DNA from: Pseudomonas sp. CCC3.1
GTDB taxonomy: Bacteria; Pseudomonadota; Gammaproteobacteria; Pseudomonadales; Pseudomonadaceae
Assembly: GCF_034347405.1 (NCBI RefSeq)
Contig: NZ_CP133778.1
Location: 4,362,275 to 4,386,274 of the forward strand
Direction of reading: 5' to 3'
Length of the DNA stretch: 24,000 nt
The notes under the pieces are model-generated. The model did not search any database. It worked only from the letters and a program-made list of their open reading frames with translations, and was not told the origin of the DNA. The position numbers and the translations under genes are program-made. Shown one piece after another: positions 14,594 to 23,400 of the stretch. Positions within the stretch are counted from its first letter, which is position 1; every line of letters starts with the position of its first letter.

Positions 14594-15651
14594 TGCGAGT
14601 CGTCGTCCATGGATGCGTCATCACTTGCCAGCTCGCGCTCGATCTGTTCGATGCTGGGCAGGCTGGTTTGCAGCTCTGCCGGCAGGGATTCCACCAATTG
14701 GTATTCGGCCACGCCAATGGGGCGGGCGTTATCGCGCAAGGCATATTCGGCCACTACCTTGTTCTTACTCTTGCACAGCAGCAGGCCGATGGTGGGACCG
14801 TCCTGTGGGTGCTTGAGCTGGGCATCCACTGCGGTGAGGTAAAAACTTAACTGGCCCAGGTGCTCGGGCTTGAACTTACCGGCCTTGAGTTCGATCACCA
14901 CATAGCAGCGCAGCTTGAGGTGATAGAACAGTAGGTCGATGAAGAACTCGTCACCGCCCACATCCAGCAACACTTGCTGGCCAACGAAGGCAAAACCTGC
15001 GCCCAGTTCCAGCAGGAACTCGGTGACATGCTTGACCAGAGCGTTTTCGATCTCACGCTCCTGCGCATCAAAGGTCAGGCCGAGGAAGTCGAAGCGGTAA
15101 GGATCCTTCAGCGACTCGCGGGCCAGGTCGGACTGCGGTTTGGGCAGGTGGTTCTCGAAGTTACTGACTGCCTTGCCACTGCGCTCCAGCAGACGAGTCT
15201 CGATCTGCATCACCAGAATGTTGCGCGACCAGTTGTGCTCGATGGCCTTGGCGGCATACCAGCGGCGGGTTTCGGGGCCAGGCAGTTTGTCCAGCAGCAC
15301 CAGATTGTGACCCCAAGGCAATTGTGCAGCAGCCTGCTGCACAAATTCCGCATCCGGCCACGCCTCGGCAAAGGCGCGCATGTACTTGAGGTTGCGTGGC
15401 GAAAACCCTTTCATATCGGGAAAGGCTGCGCGCAAATCCTGCGCCAAGCGCTCGATTACCTTGGCACCCCAGCCCTGTTGTGCTTGCCGGGTCAAAATAT
15501 CGTGACCGATCTGCCAGTAGAGCAGCACTAATTCGCGGTTAACCGCCAGTGTGGCGCGCTGCTGGGCATTATGAATACGGCCTTTGAGGCCGATCAGCCA
15601 GTCGCTGTAGCCCTCGGGTGGCATGCTCAGGCTAATAGGGGTGTCGCTCAT
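14590..15651 (-). CDS. YhcG/DUF1016-family PD-(D/E)xK nuclease-fold protein
   Basis: The N-terminus 'YSDWLIGLKGRIHNAQQRATLAVNRELVLLYWQIGHDIL' is the typical DUF1016 opening. The C-terminal core 'FFIDLLFYHLKLRCYVVIELKAGKFKPEHLGQLSFYL' has the D...ExK motif. There is an ATGA overlap with the MTase stop at 15648-15651. Confidence 0.88.
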   Translation of the reverse strand: MSDTPISLSMPPEGYSDWLIGLKGRIHNAQQRATLAVNRELVLLYWQIGHDILTRQAQQGWGAKVIERLAQDLRAAFPDMKGFSPRNLKYMRAFAEAWPDAEFVQQAAAQLPWGHNLVLLDKLPGPETRRWYAAKAIEHNWSRNILVMQIETRLLERSGKAVSNFENHLPKPQSDLARESLKDPYRFDFLGLTFDAQEREIENALVKHVTEFLLELGAGFAFVGQQVLLDVGGDEFFIDLLFYHLKLRCYVVIELKAGKFKPEHLGQLSFYLTAVDAQLKHPQDGPTIGLLLCKSKNKVVAEYALRDNARPIGVAEYQLVESLPAELQTSLPSIEQIERELASDDASMDDDSQ

Positions 15652-18416
15652 GCCTTTCTCCCTCGTGGCTTTTTCGGCGCGGCCTTCGCTGCGTTTGCCG
15701 CCATCTTGGTATAGAGGTCAAACAGCTTTTCCAGCCGTTCGGTATCGTTCTTGAAACGACGACCAATATAGATGCGCTCCAGCACTTCATCGTTGCACTC
15801 GTGAGCTCGACGCAGGTTATCCGGCATATTATCCGGGTCGTACAGGTCGGCGATGGCGGCGGGGAAATGCGCTTCGCGGGCCAGCAGGATGGCTTCGGCG
15901 CAGGCGGTCAGGTCGGCTTTATTCTGCTCGGTGAGCAATGGCACGGGGAAAGTATTCCAACCGAGGGTGTTCGAGTACGAAAAATCGGTACGCATTCGCA
16001 CGCAGACCGCACCAATCCAGGCCCAATGCAAGCGTGAGGCGATGAGGGCCATGTTCCAGAGCGGGGCGTCGTAAAGGGCGAAGCATTTATTAGAAATGAT
16101 GGATTGGTTGTCTAATAAATCAACTGGCAAGTAGCTTCTGTTCTCCGAAGATACAACAGGAATGGCGAAGAAATAGTTTTCACAGCTTCGCATCTCACGA
16201 AACTGATGCGGCCTTTTAACCATGCCATTGGATACGGCATCTTTTGATGTCTGTCGCGCAGCCTTGCCTTGTTCCAGCTTCTTCTTGATATCTGCAATCT
16301 CAAGAATTTCCGCTGCCGGATCATCAGGAAACCAGAAGCAAGCACGCGGTCTGGCTTTGGTAACTTCTGATGCACCATAGAATTTTCGTATAAACGCAGC
16401 ATCCAACCCTGCATTCAAATATTTATTCTTTCCTTCCGTATCAAAAATCAAATGCTCTGACATGCCGTAGTAGTTGCCCTTCAGCATCGGGGGGATGACC
16501 GAAATCGGGCGGGATGATGGCATAACCCAATAGTCATCTGCCGGCATCAGGTACGCATTGATGTTCTTAGTCGAAAGTTTTTTGTCATCATCGTAAAGGT
16601 CTGCGGACGCCGCTTGTACCCCAGCACCGATGCAGACAACGGTAACTCCAGCATCGTTTGTCGCCAGGTTGCTCCACTTGAAAGAACGAACTGCAAAGTT
16701 GAATTTCAATCCGTCGTCGAAAAGCGGCTTCCAAAAGCCTGTTACGTGTTGTCCTTGAGAAACGCTGTTCGTTGCCACAAAAGCAAATTTCGCCCGTGTT
16801 TGCTTTGCATATTCGTGAGCTTTGAAGAACCAGCCACACACATAGTCAAGTAAGCCCCATCCATCAACCTTCTTATCGAGCAAATCGCCCATGTCTTTCT
16901 TTTGCTCGGCAGTTTTTTTTGCGTTTCCTTTGTACGGCGGGTTACCACAGATATACGTTTCCCCTCCCTCATTCTCAAAATCGATCTGAGCCTGATCCAG
17001 TGGGGTTGCAAACAAATCATTGGCGTGAAGTTTCACGCCCGTGCCCGTTGGCGGGCAGATATTCAGCCAGTCCAGCCGTAGCGCATTACCGCAAACGATC
17101 CAGTTTTGCGAATCCAGCGGCAGAAACTCTTCTAGTGCATCCTTCTGGCCACGATACAGCACGTCGCACTGGTACTCGGCAATGATGAGCGCCAGGCGGG
17201 CAATTTCCGCCGGAAAATCTCGCAACTCGATGCCACGGAAATTGGTCAACGGAATATCGCTGCCTAGATGAGGTTCTCCCCGACGACGATTAATTTCCGC
17301 CTCGATTTCGCGCATTTGCTTGTAGGCAATGACCAGGAAATTTCCGGAACCGCAAGCTGGGTCGAATACGCGGATGCGCGCCATGCGTTTGCGCAGATTA
17401 TGCAGCTTGGCCTTGTTATCGCCAGCCGCATCCAATTGGGCGCGCAGATCATCCAGTAGCAGTGGGTTCAACACCTTCAGGATATTGGGCACGCTGGTGT
17501 AGTGCATGCCCAATGCGCCACGCTCTTCATCATCGGCTACGGCCTGAATCATGCTGCCGAAGATGTCTGGGTTGATTTTCTTCCAGTTCAGGTTGCCGGC
17601 GTGCAGTAGATAAGTACGCGCCATGCGTGTGAAGCGCGGCACCTCGGTACTGCCGGAAAAAAGGCCGCCATTCACATAGGGGAAGCCGTTGGCCCAATTG
17701 GGCAGCCGGGGCTGAACAGTGGCACGCTCGGCCAGCTTGATGTTCATGGCTCGGAAAATTTCAGACAGCACCTGATGGGTGTTGGAGCCATCGCGTTCGC
17801 TGTACTGCTCAACCGTTTTGGTAAACAGGCCATCGCCATTAAAAATGTCGGTGTCTTCCGCAAAAAAGCAGAACACCAGCCGCGCCATAAAATGGTTCAT
17901 GTCGGCGCGGCGCTCGTCCTTGGCCCAGTCAGGGTCCTCGTTCAGCAGCTCGATATATAGCTTGTTCAGGCGGCTGGTGGCGCGCACGTCGATGGGGTTG
18001 TCCTTGATCTCCTTAATAGTGGAGATACCGGCCAAGGGCAACAGGAAGCCGAAGTGGTTGGGGAGGTCCGGGTAATCGCAGGTGATGGTTTCACCCGTGA
18101 TTAGCTCTTCGGCCTCAAGCGTTTGCCCGTCGGTGGCAAGGATGAACTTGGCTTTGGCTTTTGTGGTGGCAGGGCTGGCGCGCAATGCCTTGAGTGTTTC
18201 GCCTACGCTACCAGATTCGCATGCGGCGATATGGATGTTGCTGCGCAGTAGCACACCGCCGGGCACGTCGGAAGCGTTGTTGTTGCCGGCACGCAGGCGT
18301 TTTAGGGCGGTTTCCTTATTGCCAAAAGCGGCCAGGAAGACAAACGGAAATTCCACCGCGTCAAAGGGCTCAAGGGCCAGGTCCGAAATAGCGGACTCAA
18401 TTTCTACTGCATTCAT
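15648..18416 (-). CDS. Large (922 aa) class-I SAM-dependent N6-adenine DNA methyltransferase, gamma-class, with its own target-recognition region (YeeA-like)
   Basis: Motif I is 'RVFDPACGSGNFLVIAY'. Motif IV, downstream of it, is 'YICGNPPYKGN'. A long N-terminal domain (~350 aa) and a C-terminal domain (~400 aa) flank the core. No D..ExK nuclease motif was seen in the N-terminus. Confidence 0.88.
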   Translation of the reverse strand: MNAVEIESAISDLALEPFDAVEFPFVFLAAFGNKETALKRLRAGNNNASDVPGGVLLRSNIHIAACESGSVGETLKALRASPATTKAKAKFILATDGQTLEAEELITGETITCDYPDLPNHFGFLLPLAGISTIKEIKDNPIDVRATSRLNKLYIELLNEDPDWAKDERRADMNHFMARLVFCFFAEDTDIFNGDGLFTKTVEQYSERDGSNTHQVLSEIFRAMNIKLAERATVQPRLPNWANGFPYVNGGLFSGSTEVPRFTRMARTYLLHAGNLNWKKINPDIFGSMIQAVADDEERGALGMHYTSVPNILKVLNPLLLDDLRAQLDAAGDNKAKLHNLRKRMARIRVFDPACGSGNFLVIAYKQMREIEAEINRRRGEPHLGSDIPLTNFRGIELRDFPAEIARLALIIAEYQCDVLYRGQKDALEEFLPLDSQNWIVCGNALRLDWLNICPPTGTGVKLHANDLFATPLDQAQIDFENEGGETYICGNPPYKGNAKKTAEQKKDMGDLLDKKVDGWGLLDYVCGWFFKAHEYAKQTRAKFAFVATNSVSQGQHVTGFWKPLFDDGLKFNFAVRSFKWSNLATNDAGVTVVCIGAGVQAASADLYDDDKKLSTKNINAYLMPADDYWVMPSSRPISVIPPMLKGNYYGMSEHLIFDTEGKNKYLNAGLDAAFIRKFYGASEVTKARPRACFWFPDDPAAEILEIADIKKKLEQGKAARQTSKDAVSNGMVKRPHQFREMRSCENYFFAIPVVSSENRSYLPVDLLDNQSIISNKCFALYDAPLWNMALIASRLHWAWIGAVCVRMRTDFSYSNTLGWNTFPVPLLTEQNKADLTACAEAILLAREAHFPAAIADLYDPDNMPDNLRRAHECNDEVLERIYIGRRFKNDTERLEKLFDLYTKMAANAAKAAPKKPRGRKA

Positions 18417-18795
18417 GATTTACCACTGCCCAGATCGCGTATGAACGAGTACGGCGAATTAAGCCGTTAATTTTGCGGATGATGACTAGGCCACTTGAGT
18501 GCTTCAACCTTCGTGCCGGCCACGGTCTGACATGATAACCCCGATAGCCTCGAACAAGGTCGTATCGCGTGTGGCGACAGCGGAGCTACTGGAGCGGCGA
18601 TGGCAGCATTGCAGCTGGATCACAGGAGTGACAGAAGAAAAACTTAACTCAATTCTGGAGTTTAGTGGGGATAGCACGTTTGGGCTAAGCGCAGAGCGAG
18701 TCACGGTGATGCAGCAGTTCGTTCATGGCCAGCCATCCGGTGATTCGTTCAGGGCAGAAAATTTAGGAGGTGGTCACACATCGGGTTAGAGCGGA

Positions 18796-20088
18796 TCAAT
18801 TCCGGAATAGGTTTTCACGGTGCCATGTCAGATAGGAGCGATGGCGCGGCTCGATCTGCCGTAACCTCAATGCAGGGCTCAAATGGAGCGCCGCCGCTGT
18901 CGCTGCATCTACTTCAGGGCTCAGCAAAATGTCGCCATCGTCATCAAAGCTGATCAAGCCTTGATCAAAGGCCAAGTCGAGGTTAGGGGTCAGAAGCAGT
19001 CCATTGAACTGATCAAGTCGCTCGGCATGGTTCGCTGACCGCCAAGGCTTGATATGCGAGGCACGCAGCAATTGGGGAATGGAGCACTCGGTTACTGAGC
19101 AACCGCCCCAATAAGCCACAAGGGAATCGCGATAACGGCTTTGACCGATACGAGCTTTGATCAAAGCGTCTCGCTCTGTGTCAGTCAGAGCTACCTCACC
19201 CAGATCGATAGTCATCGCAGCCGGCGTAGCCGGCATAGCTGGCACTTCGTCAGGAAGGGACTCGTGACCAAGCAGAGATTGGACAAGAGCATTCATTGCT
19301 GCAGTGTCACGAAAGCCAAAAGCAATCCCATAGTTTATGGGCGTAGTGCCGCTATGGAGGCGCTTGGGAAAACCACGCAGGTTGCTGTTGTGGTAGTAAG
19401 GCTCCGCTGGACGCTCGACACCGGTTATCTCGGACCATTCGACAAGCTTTGAAGCATGCATGGGATGCAACACCAACGGTGCACGCGTCGATTGACCTGC
19501 CCCCCTCTTGACATAAATCGGCTCATCCAACGCTGGATGCATCAGGCGGAATACTTTGTTTCCCGGCAAGGGTGTCAAAACAAATCCCGCTTGTTCGAGA
19601 CCGCTTACGATCTGTTCAACGGTTAGCGCATGCCCGTTGAACTGGCCAGGCACAGGTGAGGCCGTTGAGAACGGCTCTCCATTCGCGGATTGATCAAGCG
19701 AGTACTCGTTGGGCCATTTGACAACACGGTTCTTAATTGGATATGTCTTCAAAAAGCCTGGCGCTTGCAAACGCGCCAGCGCGGGTTTTCCGACTGCCTC
19801 CCAAGGGGTGTCAGCGCCAGCAACGAGGCGTGAGAAGCTGATGATGGGCCCGTTTTTCTGCGCAATTATCCAGGCGAGACAGGCTTCTGCGCGATCACGG
19901 GTACCGCTCTTGTTGCCCAAGCGTATCTGGCCATCTGCGATGATCCATAGGTCGAGACCTGAGTCATGCACCGCCAGTACAAACTCGGCGAAATCATCAC
20001 GGACGGCCGTAGGCCAGTCTGCGGCAAGAATTGAAAAGGGTGAGCTGCGCTCGAATTTTTTGACAACATCTTGCAATGACGTACTCAT
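18796..20088 (-). CDS. HNH_2-family endonuclease with a roughly 300-aa uncharacterised N-terminal domain (candidate Type IV / modification-dependent nuclease)
   Basis: The C-terminus 'RIGQSRYRDSLVAYWGGCSVTECSIPQLLRASHIKPWRSANHAERLDQFNGLLLTPNLDLAFDQGLISFDDDG' matches the HNH_2 (PF13391-type) pattern (Q..FR...CA+TG......AAHIKPW......NGL.L...+H..FD.G). The preferred start is the ATG at 20088. The 20109 start in the ORF track is a TTG. Confidence 0.85.
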   Translation of the reverse strand: MSTSLQDVVKKFERSSPFSILAADWPTAVRDDFAEFVLAVHDSGLDLWIIADGQIRLGNKSGTRDRAEACLAWIIAQKNGPIISFSRLVAGADTPWEAVGKPALARLQAPGFLKTYPIKNRVVKWPNEYSLDQSANGEPFSTASPVPGQFNGHALTVEQIVSGLEQAGFVLTPLPGNKVFRLMHPALDEPIYVKRGAGQSTRAPLVLHPMHASKLVEWSEITGVERPAEPYYHNSNLRGFPKRLHSGTTPINYGIAFGFRDTAAMNALVQSLLGHESLPDEVPAMPATPAAMTIDLGEVALTDTERDALIKARIGQSRYRDSLVAYWGGCSVTECSIPQLLRASHIKPWRSANHAERLDQFNGLLLTPNLDLAFDQGLISFDDDGDILLSPEVDAATAAALHLSPALRLRQIEPRHRSYLTWHRENLFRN

Positions 20089-20149
20089 TTTCGTTCCCTG
20101 AAAGGGCAATATCGAATGGCCACACCCTAAGCAATCCAGCTACAAACGT

Positions 20150-20419
20150 CTACAGCTTCGATACATCGTCGAGAACGCGTATCGGCATGGAATCAAGCAG
20201 CTTGAGCAGCACACAAGTCGGCTGCGGCCAGAGGTATGCATCGATGCAACTCCATGACGCCTCGCGCGGCGGCTCTATTTGCATACCCTCCAGCAGAAGT
20301 AGCTGTTCCCGGCAAGCGCCGGCAGAGAGACGATATGTAATCTCACAAGACACGTCCATAGTGTGGTCCTGTACAGGTAAAGTATTCGCACATATGTAGG
20401 CGCCGAAGCGCCAGAACAT
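20150..20419 (-). CDS. Possible 89-aa protein translationally coupled to the RecQ-UvrD helicase gene
   Basis: Its ATG (20419-20417) shares one base with the helicase TAA stop (20421-20419), giving TAATG. The composition is non-repetitive, with 6 Cys and 3 Trp. The overlapping plus-strand ORF (20076-20399) is Ser-rich and looks like an antisense artefact. There is no homology evidence. Confidence 0.35.
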   Translation of the reverse strand: MFWRFGAYICANTLPVQDHTMDVSCEITYRLSAGACREQLLLLEGMQIEPPREASWSCIDAYLWPQPTCVLLKLLDSMPIRVLDDVSKL

Positions 20420-23400
20420 TACCTCGGCGTCCCGCTGATTCTAGGAATCACCACCTCCCACATGTCCATTTTCAGAGCAGGTCGAAACTGCAGATCAGCC
20501 TCATCGGCATACCGGGCGATTATCCCTTCCACATGACACTGGTCTATCTCTACGTTCGCTTTGAAGTTTTTCGCAGTACGACCAACGACTCGCCCTTGGG
20601 CGTCCTGAAGCAAGTACCGCTCGCCATCGCGCGTGAGCAGAAGGGGGTGGCCCGTTTGTAGTTCGGCGATCGCCCGGTGTATCTGATGCGTCGCAGTGCT
20701 TCTGCCGGCAAAGCCGATGTCTACGTCAGCCAGCGAAAGCTGAATGTAGGTGCGAGACAGTCGTGGATCGAAATCGCCGGAAAAGCTTTGTACCAAGGCA
20801 CCGTGTGAAAGCTTGGGACTGAAAGGATTTCCGGACTCGAACTCTCCCAAGGTCAATGTTTGTTCCGCCCGCGTCATGCCAACGTAGTAGAGGCGGCGAT
20901 CGGCATTCAAGTTTTGAGATGTGCTGCTCCAGGCGCCGTCCAGCAATCCGACATGGCGAAACTCCAGGCCTTTGGCGGAATGTACGGTGCCAAGGTACAA
21001 GCCCTGCCTTCCTTGTTTGCGAAGTGCCCGCGGGTACTCGTATAACCAGTCGATGATTGACTGTGAAGACAGCTGGCATTCGCCCATTTCCTGAACAAGG
21101 CACAGGAGGGCTGTTTCAAAGAACTCTTGCCAGTGCGGATCATCCAGGCTCGGCCGAAGCGTAGAGATGACCTCCGTCGCCGTCTGAGGCTGCTCGATCA
21201 AGCGTAAACACCCTATCCCTTTCAGGAAGCCCCGCTGGCGCGTTAAAGGGATTGAGTCCTCATTCTCGGAGGCGAGAAAATAAGGGACCTCGTTGAGTTC
21301 GCACCAGGCTTGGACCGGTTTGAGATAGGCATGAGTTCGGCCCAGTATCGCGCATCCGTTCCAGGTGCCGTTTTCCTCCAGTGAAATAAGCCGCGCCAGC
21401 TCAGCCGCCATAGCTTGAGCCTGTAGGTTGCCATTGGACCGGTCAGCAAAAGGAAGCTGGATTCGCAGCACCTTACCCGCCCGGGACGGATCTCTCGCCT
21501 CCCATTGCCCACCTGCGGGTAGCTCCCGGCGAGCCTTGTCGATGGTGATGGGATGATCTGCCTTCATCCGGCCTTCAGTTTCCCCGATCACCCGGTTCGA
21601 CGAATTGATGATATTGGCGGACGAACGATAGTTATCCACCAAGTAGGTGACGCTGGCATCGTAGTTGTCGCGGAACTGCTCGATGTACTGATTGCTGGTA
21701 TGGCGCCAGTCGTAAATATTCTGATCGTCATCACCAACCGCCAAAATGCATAAGCGCCCGTCCTCTTCTGCATTGCGCCCAGCCAACGCACTGACTAGTC
21801 GGTACTGCATCTCATCAATGTCCTGGTACTCGTCAACCATGATGTAACGGTAGCCACGCAGCAGTTGCTCGCATAAGTTGTCCTCACCGGTCGCCCGACC
21901 ACCCTCCTCCAGCAAGTGCACCGCATCGGTGATTACCTGAGTCAACCGCTTCTCATCGACGGGCTCACCGCGCTCGAAGCGGGTGCCGGTCAATCGCATC
22001 GACATCGCGTGGTAGGTCAGTACGCTGACACCGTAAGCATCGGCTCCAACCAATGCTAACAAGCGCTTGCGGATTTCATTGGCCGCATGCCGGTTGAATG
22101 CCAAGGCAATGATGCTGCTGGCGGGTACTCGGCGCACGCGCAACAAGTAAGCAATCCGATGGACGATGACACGTGTCTTGCCAGACCCTGGACCGGCCAG
22201 AACTAATCGGTTGACGTCATCGTTGTCGGCAACGACCAATCTCTGGACGGTACTCAAGCAATGGGTGATGGCCTTCCAAGACTGCTCGCTGGTTGCGAGT
22301 TTCAGAACTTCTTCGCGCTCATTGAAATATTCTTTGATGAAGTCACGCTTGGGGTTGCCAAAGTACGCCAGTACCAGCCTGAGCGCCGGTTCCATGTCAT
22401 GGATTCCGCGCTCGGCATATTCACGCATGACATGCACCTGAACACATTTTTCCCGGTAATGTTCATCGAGCTTCGCGTAATCGTCCTTGTAAAACCCCAC
22501 CTTCTTTTCAGCCTTTTCGCCGTCCACTTTGATTGTCATCGCACGCCGCATGACGGTCATACCGTGGTTCAGAGTCAGGATTTCCTGCTGGTGCATATAC
22601 AACAGCACGTGCTCCACCGCTCTGCGAAACTGACCTGCCGGCATCGTGGATTTCAAGACCAGATCGCCCTCAAGCGTGGCGACCAGCTTGCCAAAGGTGG
22701 TATCGACCATCAGGTCGCGGGCTCGGGCACCCGGTGGAAGTTGGGAGATGAGGTAATTAAGCAGCAGCGTTGCAATGGTGCGGCGTTTCTCACCAAACGC
22801 ACTGATACGCTTCCAACTATGACGGCCGGTAAAGCGCAGCTTCAAATGATCACGATTGATCGGGCGAATTTCGAAGGTGCTGCGCTGTTGGCTTTCACCG
22901 TCGCGATCCTGGGCCAGACTCTTGAGCAGCCTGAGTACCTGAATGGGATTCACATCGTCGCGCTCCAACCTGGCCTTCAATGCGGTGTTGAGCTGGGAAA
23001 GGTTGATGTCTTGCCATTCACCATTTTCTGCATCTGGCGAGAGTTCAGGCAGCAACTCGAACAATGCCTTTTCAAGTTCCAGCGATTGCATGAGCCGCTG
23101 ATTGGATGAGCCGACGATGCCATGCCGGACAAACACCGTCAGCTGAGAATCATTGATCAGGATTCCCATCTGCTCCATCTGCTTCAAGGCCCCGGCAACC
23201 TCCTCCAGCGACTGGCCGGTAAGCGTCATGAGTTCATCGGTGTTGATGCGTTGGTCGGCCTTGGCCTGAAAAAGGTAGTTGAGGATTGCCTTGAATTCGG
23301 CAAACCTGCGTTGGGGGAGTTTCGCCTCCACGAGACGCGCCTGCGATTCTTCAAGGGTGAGCGCAGCGCGGGCGGGAAAGATACGCGTCTGGTTTTCTTC

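Noticed and set aside
15648-18416. Possibility that the 922-aa MTase is an MmeI-like Type IIL/IIG bifunctional restriction-modification enzyme
   Set aside because: The size is similar. However, the N-terminal roughly 150 aa (MNAVEIESAISDLALEPFDAVEFPFVFLAAFGNKETALKRL...) show no D...ExK nuclease motif by eye. The gene is also coupled to separate helicase and nuclease genes. The possibility is not fully excluded without an HMM or structure comparison.
18499-18789. 96-aa plus-strand ORF between the MTase operon start and the HNH gene (possible C-protein-like regulator). The palindrome AATTAAGCCGTTAATT lies nearby at 18457-18472.
   Set aside because: It has no helix-turn-helix or other motif, no convincing RBS, and an ambiguous start (18499 or 18532). 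The palindrome could be an operator for the MTase operon, but I cannot support a call from sequence alone.
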